DNA of 64,000 nucleotides from Candidatus Krumholzibacteriia bacterium. Lineage in GTDB: Bacteria > Krumholzibacteriota > Krumholzibacteriia > LZORAL124-64-63. Shown here in pieces: positions 56,066 through 64,000 of the stretch. Position numbers and translations under genes: made by a program. The notes under the pieces are model-generated. The model was not told where the DNA came from. It worked only from the letters and a program-made list of their open reading frames with translations, and searched no databases. Numbering within the stretch: position 1 is the stretch's first letter; the number at the start of each line of letters is the position of its first letter. Location: assembly GCA_050174015.1 (NCBI GenBank), contig JBFXKG010000008.1, positions 128,001 to 192,000 on the forward strand. Reading direction: 5' to 3'.

Positions 56066-57850
56066 ATGAACACCCGGGACAAGGTGGCCGCCCTGCGGCG
56101 GCTCATGAAGAAGCACGGCCTCGCCGCCTACTACGTTCCCAGCGCCGATCCCCATCAGAGCGAGTACCTGCCCGAGGACTGGAAGTTGCGGGCGTGGCTG
56201 AGCGGGTTCACCGGTTCGGCCGGCGAGCTGGTCGTCGGGGCCCGGCAGGCCGGACTGTGGACGGACGGCCGGTACTTCCTGCAGGCGGGCATGCAGCTGG
56301 ATGGGTCGGGCATCACCCTCATGCGGATGGGCGAACCCGGGACCCCGAGCATGGCGGGCTGGGTGGCGTCCCAGCTCAAGAAGGGCCAGGTCCTGGGCAT
56401 GGATCCCACGGTCGTGTCCGCGGCGGCGGCGGCCGACTTCGAGGCCAGCCTGGCGCCCCACGGCATCCGCCTCAAGTTCCTGACCGCCAACCTCGTGGCC
56501 CCGCTCTGGGAGGATCGCCCGGAGGCGTCGCTGGCGCCCCTGGCCGTGCATCCGGTCAGGTTCGCGGGGGAATCGGTGGATTCGAAGCTGAAGAGGGTGC
56601 GCGCGGAGATGAAGGCCGCCGGAGCGAAGGCCCACGTGGTGGGCGCCCTCGACCAGATCGCCTGGCTGCTCAACATCCGCAGCAAGGACGTTCTCTTCAC
56701 CCCGGTGGCCACGAGCTACGCCGTGATCACCGACCGCGGCTGCATCCTGTACGTGGACTCCCGCAAGGTGACCAGAGCCGCCGCCAAGGCCCTCAAGGGC
56801 CGGGCGGTCCTCAAGGAATACCAGGACGTCTGGGCCGATCTGAAGGCCCTCGGCGGCAAGAAGGGCATGAGGATCTGGATCGACCCCGCGACGATCAACC
56901 GCCGGGTGGTCGATTCCCTGAAGGGCGCGGTCCTGCACCAGGCCGTCTCGCCCATCACCGCGATGAAGGCGGTCAAGAACCCGGTCCAGATCGAACACAT
57001 CACCGAGGCTCACCGGCGCGACGGGGTGGCCATGGTGAAGTTCCTCAGGTGGCTGGAGCCGGCCGTCCGCAAGGGCGGGGTGACCGAGATCTCCGCCGCG
57101 GACCAGCTCGCCGCCTTCCGTGCCGAGGGCGAGGGTTTCATGGACCTCAGCTTCGACACCATCAGCGGCTACGCGGGCAACGGCGCCATCATCCATTACA
57201 GCGCCACCCCGGGATCCAATGCCAAACTGAGGCCCAAGGGGCTCTACCTGATCGACAGCGGCGGCCAGTATCCGGAAGGGACGACGGACATCACCCGGAC
57301 CGTGGCCCTGGGCAAACCCACCCCGCGCCAGAAGGAGTGCTTCACGCGGGTCCTGATGGGCACCATCGACTGCACCATGACGCCGTTCCCGGCCGGCACC
57401 ACCGGGCAGCGTCACGAGATGTTCGCCCGCCGGGCCCTGTGGATGATGGGAGCGGACTACGCCCACGGCACCGGACACGGCGTGGGCCAGTATCTCGGCG
57501 TGCACGAGGGGCCCCACAGCCTGAAGAACATCGTCACCCCGCCGCTGGTCGAGGGCAACCTCATGTCCATCGAGCCGGGCCACTACGAGGCGGGCAGGTT
57601 CGGCATCCGCATCGAGAACCTGGCCTTCGTGACCAGGAACGAGAAGCTGAGCAGGGGCGGTCGGACCTGGTACGGCTTCCATGCCGTGACCCTGTGCCCC
57701 ATCGACCGCAGGCTGATCGACAGGAAGCTGATGACCCGCGACCAGGTCGACTACCTGAACGCCTACCACAAGAGGGTGTTCAGGGAACTGGCGCCGCGGC
57801 TCGACAGGGCGCACAAGGACTGGCTGCGTCTGGCCACCAGGCCCATCTGA
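56066..57850 (+). CDS. Aminopeptidase P (M24B)
   Basis: DPHQSEY, WTDGRY, DSGGQY..GTTDITRT, HGTGHGVG..VHEGP, EPG. Confidence 0.93.
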   Translation: MNTRDKVAALRRLMKKHGLAAYYVPSADPHQSEYLPEDWKLRAWLSGFTGSAGELVVGARQAGLWTDGRYFLQAGMQLDGSGITLMRMGEPGTPSMAGWVASQLKKGQVLGMDPTVVSAAAAADFEASLAPHGIRLKFLTANLVAPLWEDRPEASLAPLAVHPVRFAGESVDSKLKRVRAEMKAAGAKAHVVGALDQIAWLLNIRSKDVLFTPVATSYAVITDRGCILYVDSRKVTRAAAKALKGRAVLKEYQDVWADLKALGGKKGMRIWIDPATINRRVVDSLKGAVLHQAVSPITAMKAVKNPVQIEHITEAHRRDGVAMVKFLRWLEPAVRKGGVTEISAADQLAAFRAEGEGFMDLSFDTISGYAGNGAIIHYSATPGSNAKLRPKGLYLIDSGGQYPEGTTDITRTVALGKPTPRQKECFTRVLMGTIDCTMTPFPAGTTGQRHEMFARRALWMMGADYAHGTGHGVGQYLGVHEGPHSLKNIVTPPLVEGNLMSIEPGHYEAGRFGIRIENLAFVTRNEKLSRGGRTWYGFHAVTLCPIDRRLIDRKLMTRDQVDYLNAYHKRVFRELAPRLDRAHKDWLRLATRPI

Positions 57851-57875
57851 TGCCGGTCTGATTCCGGATCGGGCG

Positions 57876-57912
57876 AAAAAAGGAACCGGCGGCCTCCCTG
57901 GCCGCCGGTTCC
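57876..57912 (-). terminator. Intrinsic terminator
   Basis: GGAACCGGCGGCC/GGCCGCCGGTTCC hairpin with U6 tail on minus strand. Confidence 0.75.
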
Positions 57913-57930
57913 GCGTCCGCGGCAGGCCTG

Positions 57931-59094
57931 TCAGCGGTTGCGTTTGTGCCAGGCGGCGAGCAGTTCGGCTTCCCTCTCGGCCTTGATCCCCGCTCGGCCG
58001 GTCCCGAACCGCTCCTGCTCGGCCTCGTCAAGGGTCGCCCACCAGTCCAGGGTCCCGCGCACCGTCTCGCTGATGGGGCGGAAGGTCAGCCCCGCCTTGA
58101 GAGCCCGGTCGACGTCGATGAACGGATGGCCGGCCTCCGCGCCTTCGAGGGGCACCCAGACCGGCATGTCCGTCCAGGCGGCGACTTCCATCTCGTCCAG
58201 GAACTCCTTGCTGACCCAGGTGAACGTCGCGTCCGAGCCGCTGACCCGCTTGCAGGTGTCGAACAGCTCGCCCATGGTCAGCTCTTCCGGGGGACTGGTG
58301 GCGTTGAAGGTGCCGCCGGTGCCGCGCTCGCAGCAGTGGACGATGAATTCCGCCAGATCGCGCACGTCGATGACCTGGGTCACCACGCCCGGAGCATCGG
58401 GCGCCAGCACTTCCCCGCCCTTCCCGATGCGCACGGGCCAGTAGGTGAAACGGCCGCTGCGGTCCATCGGGCCGACGATCAGTCCCGGACGGATGTTGCA
58501 GGCGTGCTTGCCGAAGTGCTTCTCGGCGGCCGCCTCGCACAGCGCTTTGAGGGGACCGTAATTCGTTTCGGTGACGTCGCGGACGGTGCGGGCGGAATCC
58601 ACCTCGGCGGCGGAGATGGTGCCGACCGGTGATTTCTCGCTGAGGCCGCGCCGGGAGAAATCCGCGTAGACGGAGATGGAGGAGATGAAGACGTACTGGC
58701 CGACGGCGTCCCTGAGCAGGGCGGCCGATTCATCGACCATGCGGGGGATGTAGCCGCTGGTGTCGATGCAGACGTCCCAGGTCTTTCCCTTGAGGGACTC
58801 GAGATCGCCGTCCCTGTCCCCGACCAGCTTTTCCAGATCGGGGAAGAGGTGCTGGTTGGTGCGGCCGCGGTTGAACAGGGTGATATCGTGGCCCCGGCTG
58901 CGGGCGTGCTCGACCAGGGCGGGGCCCAGGAAGGCCGTGCCGCCCAGGATGAGGATCCGCAGCCGCTTCCTGCTCTTGGTGCGCGTGAAGTCGGCCAGGG
59001 CGGAATCGGGGCGCACCAGCCCGCCCAGGACGGCCCCTGCGGCCGCGGAACCGGCCAGGGTGTTCTTCAGGAAATCGCGACGGCTCCAGCTCAT
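57931..59094 (-). CDS. NAD-dependent epimerase/isoflavone-reductase-like SDR with Tat-like signal
   Basis: SRRDFLK; LILGGTAFLG, YGPLK, RPGLIVGP. Confidence 0.88.
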   Translation of the reverse strand: MSWSRRDFLKNTLAGSAAAGAVLGGLVRPDSALADFTRTKSRKRLRILILGGTAFLGPALVEHARSRGHDITLFNRGRTNQHLFPDLEKLVGDRDGDLESLKGKTWDVCIDTSGYIPRMVDESAALLRDAVGQYVFISSISVYADFSRRGLSEKSPVGTISAAEVDSARTVRDVTETNYGPLKALCEAAAEKHFGKHACNIRPGLIVGPMDRSGRFTYWPVRIGKGGEVLAPDAPGVVTQVIDVRDLAEFIVHCCERGTGGTFNATSPPEELTMGELFDTCKRVSGSDATFTWVSKEFLDEMEVAAWTDMPVWVPLEGAEAGHPFIDVDRALKAGLTFRPISETVRGTLDWWATLDEAEQERFGTGRAGIKAEREAELLAAWHKRNR

Positions 59095-59199
59095 GCGTGG
59101 GACTCCCCTGTTCGGGTGGCTGATCTTCGTCCGCAGGTCATGCGCACCATACGGACGGACGGGAGAAAGGGTGCAGGAAATTCCGGGGTCCGCACCCGG

Positions 59200-60288
59200 T
59201 CACCTCCGGGCCGTCGCGTCCTCCACCAGATGCACCGTCTGGGTGGGGAAGGCGATGCTCATGCCCAGGTCCTCGACCATGCCTATGACGGCCAGGTTCA
59301 CGTCCTGCTTCACGGAAAGGTGCCTGGTCCAGTCGGTGGTGACGGTGAAGCAGTAGATGAACAGGTCCAGGCTGCTGGCGTTGAACTCGGTGAACTTGAC
59401 GAGCATGAACTCCTGGTCGATGTCGGGATTGGCCTGAAGATAGGCTTCGATCCGCTCCACGAGGGCCCGGATCTGGTCCCGCGAGGACCGGTAGGTCACT
59501 CCCAGGGTGAACTTGATCCGCCGCTTGGGCATCAGCGAATGGTTCTCGATCGTCGCGTTGGCCAGCGCCTGGTTGGGGATGGACACCACGGTCTTGGCGA
59601 AGGTCCGCACGCGCGTGGAGCGCAGGCCGATCTCCTCGACGACGCCGTCCCCGCCGGGAAAGGTGATCCAGTCGCCCTTGTGGAAGGGCTGGTCGATCAG
59701 GATCATCAGCGAGCCGAAGAGGTTGGCCAGGGTGTCCTTGGCCGCCATGGCGACGGCGAGGCCGCCGATCCCCAGACCCGCCAGCAGGCCCGAGACGGAG
59801 TAGCCCAGGTTCTGGGCCACCAGGATGAACGCGAGGATGGCGAGGAAGGTCTTCAGGGCCTTGCGCACCAGGGGCACGACCTGGTCGTCGAGGCGGGAAT
59901 CGGTCCGTCCGGCCATCTCGTCCAGGAAGACCGCGAGCGCATCCACCATCCTGAACGCCGTCCACACCACGACCAGGATCACGGCGATCCTGAAGACCTG
60001 GTCGCCGGCCGCCTGCCAGGCGGGCTGGACGGCCAGGAGGATGCGGACCGCGAGGAACAGGCCGATCACCGGGAGCAGCAGACCCAGCGGACTGACCAGG
60101 GCGTCGGTGGCCAGGTCGTCGGCCGCGGTGGACGTCCGCTGCGCCAGCTTCTGCAGGCGGGCCTTGATGAAGGAGTTGAGGATCGCCCGCAGGATGATCC
60201 CCCCCAGGATGAAGCCCAGGGCCAGGAGGAGCTGCCCCGCCGTCCACATGCCCAGCCGTGTCGAAAAAAATCCGTTCAGACCATCCAC
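59200..60288 (-). CDS. MscS family mechanosensitive channel
   Basis: LAGLGIGGLAVA, PF..GDWI, VEEIGLRST, IAFPT. Confidence 0.92.
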   Translation of the reverse strand: MDGLNGFFSTRLGMWTAGQLLLALGFILGGIILRAILNSFIKARLQKLAQRTSTAADDLATDALVSPLGLLLPVIGLFLAVRILLAVQPAWQAAGDQVFRIAVILVVVWTAFRMVDALAVFLDEMAGRTDSRLDDQVVPLVRKALKTFLAILAFILVAQNLGYSVSGLLAGLGIGGLAVAMAAKDTLANLFGSLMILIDQPFHKGDWITFPGGDGVVEEIGLRSTRVRTFAKTVVSIPNQALANATIENHSLMPKRRIKFTLGVTYRSSRDQIRALVERIEAYLQANPDIDQEFMLVKFTEFNASSLDLFIYCFTVTTDWTRHLSVKQDVNLAVIGMVEDLGMSIAFPTQTVHLVEDATARR

Positions 60289-60289
60289 G

Positions 60290-62140
60290 TCATCGTTCCT
60301 TTCCCAGGCTGGTGTCCGGGAAGGTCGGGCGGAGTTCGCCGCCGCTCCCCGGGATCATGATGCGGCTGCCTTCCCTGAGCTCCCGGACAGGTCGGCCCGA
60401 GGCCACGCTGACCAGGTCGAAGATCAGGTCCTGCAGTCCGCCCACCTCGAAACGGGAAGCCCCGTTGTCCAGCTGCTGCACGCTCCAGTCCACGAACCGC
60501 GGGAGGTTCTCCACGGCCAGGTCCAAAGGGACGATCATCTGTCCCTCGTCGAAGGTGAAGTTCACGGTGTCGGGGTGGAGCCTCGCCGCGAGCAGCAGGT
60601 GCCGCCGGGCCCTCTCGAAATGGCCCAGGGCCACGTCGGTCAGGGCGGCGTAGAGAACGGCGTTCGGGGTCCGGCCCCAGACGTTGAAACCGGTGGCGGT
60701 CTCGGTCAGGACCAGGGCCTCGGGCGGAGCGCCTTCGAGGGAGTTGCGCCAGGTAACCTCCAGTCCCGGCGGCCCCGAGAGCAGCGGCCCGACCGATCCG
60801 CCGCAGGCCCGGTGGATCTCGCTTTCCTTGACCCAGCGCGGGCCGAAGCGGGCGGCGTCCTCCACCGCCCGGCCCTGCACGGGAACCTGAAGGAAGACCA
60901 GGCTGGCGGCGGGGGCGGGACCGGTTCCCGCGTCGCCGGCGGTCCACTGCCGGACCGTCCTGGTCGTCTGCCAGCTGAGGCTGGTCGCCCGTACCACCGG
61001 ATCGGCGGGGAATCCCAGTTCGTTCCGGTTGGCCAGCCGGATCCGCATCCCGAGGAACGACCAGGCCACCGCCAGGACCAGCAATCCGACCGGCACGGCG
61101 CGCCTCGGGGTCAGCCTCGAGGGGACCAGGCAGCCCAGGGCCAGCCCGAGGGGTGCGGCGGCCAGGTAGGCCAGGTAGGGATGGATCTGGGTCCGCAGGG
61201 GCAGGGCGGGAGCGATGATCAGCAGCACGGCCAGGAAGGTCCCGGCCGGAAGCAGGCGCCCCCCGCGGGCCATCGCCCACGCCCACAGGCCCCACAGGAG
61301 AAAGAAGGCCGCCCCGGCGGCTCCCATCAGCCAGCTCAGGCGCGAGGCGAAGACCGGCCCGGGGGTCAGCAGCCACCAGCCGAACGACCCGAGGTTGGAC
61401 AGGATGACCGCACCCCCGCCCAGGGCGTAGGGGTCGGTCTCCCCGGTGGCGAATTGGGCCATGACCAGGGCCCCTTCGCTGACCGCGAACAGCAACATGA
61501 ACATGGTCATGGCCCAGGCGAAGGGACGGTCCTGGATGCCGACGGTCCCGAACCAGAGCAGGGCGATGAACAGCAGGGGCAGCCCCAGCCCGTTCTCCTT
61601 GGCGAGCATGGACAGCAGGGCGGCCCCCAGGGCGAGCCCCAGGTTGGCGCGCCCGCCGGCGAGCCACCGGTCGACGGCGAGCAGGGCGAAGAAGGCGCCA
61701 AGCAGTTCCTGGATGCCCGAGGCCCAGTAGAGCGGAGTGAAGGCCAGGGGGGTGGCCACGAACACGAGCCCGGCCAGGAACCACGAGAACCGGGGCAGGC
61801 CGGTCCGGCGGCCGATCCTGGCCACCAGCACCGCGCCTGCGCCGTGCAGGAGGATCCTCGCCAGGGTCTGGGGATCGGGGTCGAGACCGGCCAGGGGCCA
61901 GGCCAGGCTCCACCAGGCGTGCTGGCTGAGCCAGCGGGCGGGCAGCCCTTCGGCCGCGGGGCCGATGCCGGCCGCCCTCGCCAGCTGCCCCCAGTCGTCC
62001 AGGGTCCACCAGGAACCCAGGGCGGGCAGCCGGCCCACCACCGCGGCGAACAGCAGACCGATCTCGAGGAGGCGGTCGAGGCCGCCTGGACGCATGGGGT
62101 CCTGCGGGGCGGCGGAGGAAGGGGAGGAAACTGCGGGCAT
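60290..62140 (-). CDS. Multi-pass membrane protein, GT-C/ArnT-PMT-like
   Basis: WWTLDDW loop, LYWASG, AKE motif, about 10 TM plus soluble C-terminus. Confidence 0.65.
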   Translation of the reverse strand: MPAVSSPSSAAPQDPMRPGGLDRLLEIGLLFAAVVGRLPALGSWWTLDDWGQLARAAGIGPAAEGLPARWLSQHAWWSLAWPLAGLDPDPQTLARILLHGAGAVLVARIGRRTGLPRFSWFLAGLVFVATPLAFTPLYWASGIQELLGAFFALLAVDRWLAGGRANLGLALGAALLSMLAKENGLGLPLLFIALLWFGTVGIQDRPFAWAMTMFMLLFAVSEGALVMAQFATGETDPYALGGGAVILSNLGSFGWWLLTPGPVFASRLSWLMGAAGAAFFLLWGLWAWAMARGGRLLPAGTFLAVLLIIAPALPLRTQIHPYLAYLAAAPLGLALGCLVPSRLTPRRAVPVGLLVLAVAWSFLGMRIRLANRNELGFPADPVVRATSLSWQTTRTVRQWTAGDAGTGPAPAASLVFLQVPVQGRAVEDAARFGPRWVKESEIHRACGGSVGPLLSGPPGLEVTWRNSLEGAPPEALVLTETATGFNVWGRTPNAVLYAALTDVALGHFERARRHLLLAARLHPDTVNFTFDEGQMIVPLDLAVENLPRFVDWSVQQLDNGASRFEVGGLQDLIFDLVSVASGRPVRELREGSRIMIPGSGGELRPTFPDTSLGKER

Positions 62141-62281
62141 GCTGCGGATCTGCTCCTGGTTGCGGATTTCGGGATCGGTTTGTGGTGCCGTCCCGGACCG
62201 ACATGTTATACAATGGAGCTCGAAATGTGAACGTGAACCCGGGGGCCCCCCGGCGGACAGGAACCAAGGGGAAAAAAGCGA

Positions 62282-62968
62282 ATGTTCAGGCAGCAATGCA
62301 AATCCAGGCGGCGGATTCCTGCCGCCGTGGTCATCCTCGGCATCGGGGCCTGCCTCCTTCCGGGATGCGGGAAGGAAGAGCCCGGTCCCCAGGCTCCCGG
62401 CGCGGTCCTGATGAACCAGCAGGAGTACGAGGACTGGGAAATCGCCCTGGTCGAGATGAGGATCGAGAAGAACGACCGGTTCTCCGATCCGGCCGGGACT
62501 CCCCTGGCCAAGGCGGCCCTCGACACCTTCGTGGGCCTGAACTACTACTTCCCCAAGGCAGATTTGCGCTTCCGGACGCCGTTGATTCCGGCTGCCGCGC
62601 CCGACACGGTGATCCTCGCCAAGCCCGACGGCACGCAGGTTCCGCACCTCCGCCGCGGATCGGTGCGTTTCCACCATGCCGGCCGCAACCACGCACTCGC
62701 GGTGTTCGGTCCGGTGGGTGCCGAACAGGGCGACACCGTCTGGTTGCCGTTCTTCGACGCCACCTCCGGCAAGGACACCTACGCCGGCGGCCGCTACCTG
62801 GACCTGGCCGTGGATTCCGAGGGCATGGTCGACCTGGATTTCAACTACGCCTACAACCCGTATTGCGATTACGATCCGGAGGCCTGGACCTGCACCCTGC
62901 CCCCGCCGGAGAACCGGCTACCCTTCGCCGTCGAGGCGGGGGAGAAGACCTTCGGAGGGTCCCACTGA
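62282..62968 (+). CDS. DUF1684 domain lipoprotein
   Basis: LPGC; PFFDATSG..TY.GGRYL, LDFNYAYNPYC..C.LPP.ENRL..AGEK. Confidence 0.9.
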   Translation: MFRQQCKSRRRIPAAVVILGIGACLLPGCGKEEPGPQAPGAVLMNQQEYEDWEIALVEMRIEKNDRFSDPAGTPLAKAALDTFVGLNYYFPKADLRFRTPLIPAAAPDTVILAKPDGTQVPHLRRGSVRFHHAGRNHALAVFGPVGAEQGDTVWLPFFDATSGKDTYAGGRYLDLAVDSEGMVDLDFNYAYNPYCDYDPEAWTCTLPPPENRLPFAVEAGEKTFGGSH

Positions 62969-62969
62969 C

Positions 62970-63497
62970 GTGGACGTCCTGGGTGCCATCGGCCAGTGGG
63001 CCTGGTTCTTCCTCTGGTCCCTGCTGCTGATCACCGCCTCACTCTTCGTCTATCTGGGGTTGGGGGGCAACTTCATCCTGCTGGCGCTGGCCCTGGTCCA
63101 TGCGCTGGTCACCGGCTTCGATCCCATTGGCTGGGGGACCCTGGCCCCGCTGGCGGGTCTGGCGGTGGCCGGCGAGGGAATCGAGTTCGTGGTCGGCACC
63201 TTCTACCCCGCCCGCAAGGGGGCTTCCCGGGACGGGGTCCTGCTGGCCTTCCTGGGCGGCCTGCTGGGGGCGGCGGTCGGACAGGGTCTGGTGCCGGTGA
63301 TCGGCGCGGTGGTCGGCAGCTTCCTGGGCGCCTTCCTGGGCGCGGTGGCGGGAGAGTACCGGCGCCGGCGACTTCTGGAACCCAGCCTGCGCGTGGGCGG
63401 ACACGCGTTCCTGGGCCGGCTGGCGGCCATGATGATCAAGCACGCCATCGGGCTGGTCATGGTCTTCATCATCCTGCGGGCGACCCTGCCCGTCTGA
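62970..63497 (+). CDS. DUF456 family membrane protein
   Basis: GLGGN, GASR.G, G.FLGA..GEY. Confidence 0.85.
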   Translation: MDVLGAIGQWAWFFLWSLLLITASLFVYLGLGGNFILLALALVHALVTGFDPIGWGTLAPLAGLAVAGEGIEFVVGTFYPARKGASRDGVLLAFLGGLLGAAVGQGLVPVIGAVVGSFLGAFLGAVAGEYRRRRLLEPSLRVGGHAFLGRLAAMMIKHAIGLVMVFIILRATLPV

Positions 63498-63516
63498 ACC
63501 GAAAGGTCGAAAGAGC

Positions 63517-64000
63517 ATGCGTCACCGAGCTTGCGCCGCGGTCCTGGCTGCGTCCTTCATCCTGGGATCCGGGCCGGCGAGCGCCGGCGGGCCGTTCGTC
63601 CTGGGCGGATTCACCCGGGCCGATGTCGGCCTGGCCGACGACGGGGATGGCTTCTGTCTAGGCGTGGGAACCGTGGCCGCCCTGGGCGACGGCCCCCTGG
63701 AGATCCTGGCTGCCGCCGAGTTCCTGCAACTCGGCGGCAGCCAGACCATGCTGTTCTCCGATCCCCGGGCGGGCAACACCGTTGGCCCGGCCGAGGTCAC
63801 CCTGTCCTACCTGCAGCCCTCCGGATCGCTGGCGGTCCGTTTGCCCGCCGGGCCGGTGACCATCCGCCCCTATGCGGGGCTCGCAGCGGCCCTCAAGGTG
63901 GGGGAAAGCTGGTCCACCCCGACGGGGACGGCCGACAGGGACCTGGGCTACGAGGACGTCGATCTCAGGGTGCGTTTGGGGGCGAGGCTGAACGCGGGGA
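63517..64000 (+). CDS. Outer-membrane beta-barrel-like protein (3' truncated by window)
   Basis: Signal peptide, LSYLQP, RPYAG alternating beta-strand pattern; open to window end. Confidence 0.65.
   Translation, partial: MRHRACAAVLAASFILGSGPASAGGPFVLGGFTRADVGLADDGDGFCLGVGTVAALGDGPLEILAAAEFLQLGGSQTMLFSDPRAGNTVGPAEVTLSYLQPSGSLAVRLPAGPVTIRPYAGLAAALKVGESWSTPTGTADRDLGYEDVDLRVRLGARLNAG

Overview
High-GC bacterial chromosomal window. The FlgD-Ig/'YPNPFNP' C-terminal domain and '..FGSVKALFRR'/'..SYEGVRNLFK' C-termini suggest a Krumholzibacteriota/Latescibacterota-like organism (inference). Most of it is housekeeping: Moco biosynthesis plus modABC, rarD, tandem gap genes, rnfABCDGE, MATE and NhaC-type transporters, an AttE-H-like ABC/lipocalin cluster, aceE-aceF-lpdA, a prpD-like gene, two tandem S8 lipoprotein proteases with a near-identical 1.5 kb 3' tail, an acpS-acs-ACP-kbl operon, aminopeptidase P and mscS. 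The standout is a lower-GC IS1595-family element (8811-11071, 23-bp imperfect terminal inverted repeats). Opposite the transposase it carries a passenger operon of a coiled-coil/winged-HTH-like gene followed by three CCA-encoding tRNA genes whose anticodons do not match their bodies: a Ser/Sec-like allo-tRNA (9/3 or 8/4 fold) with a UUA (ochre) anticodon, a tRNA-Leu body with a Pro UGG anticodon, and a tRNA-Leu body with a Ser UGA anticodon. This is a candidate mobile mistranslation/suppression cassette. All folds and alignments were done by eye.
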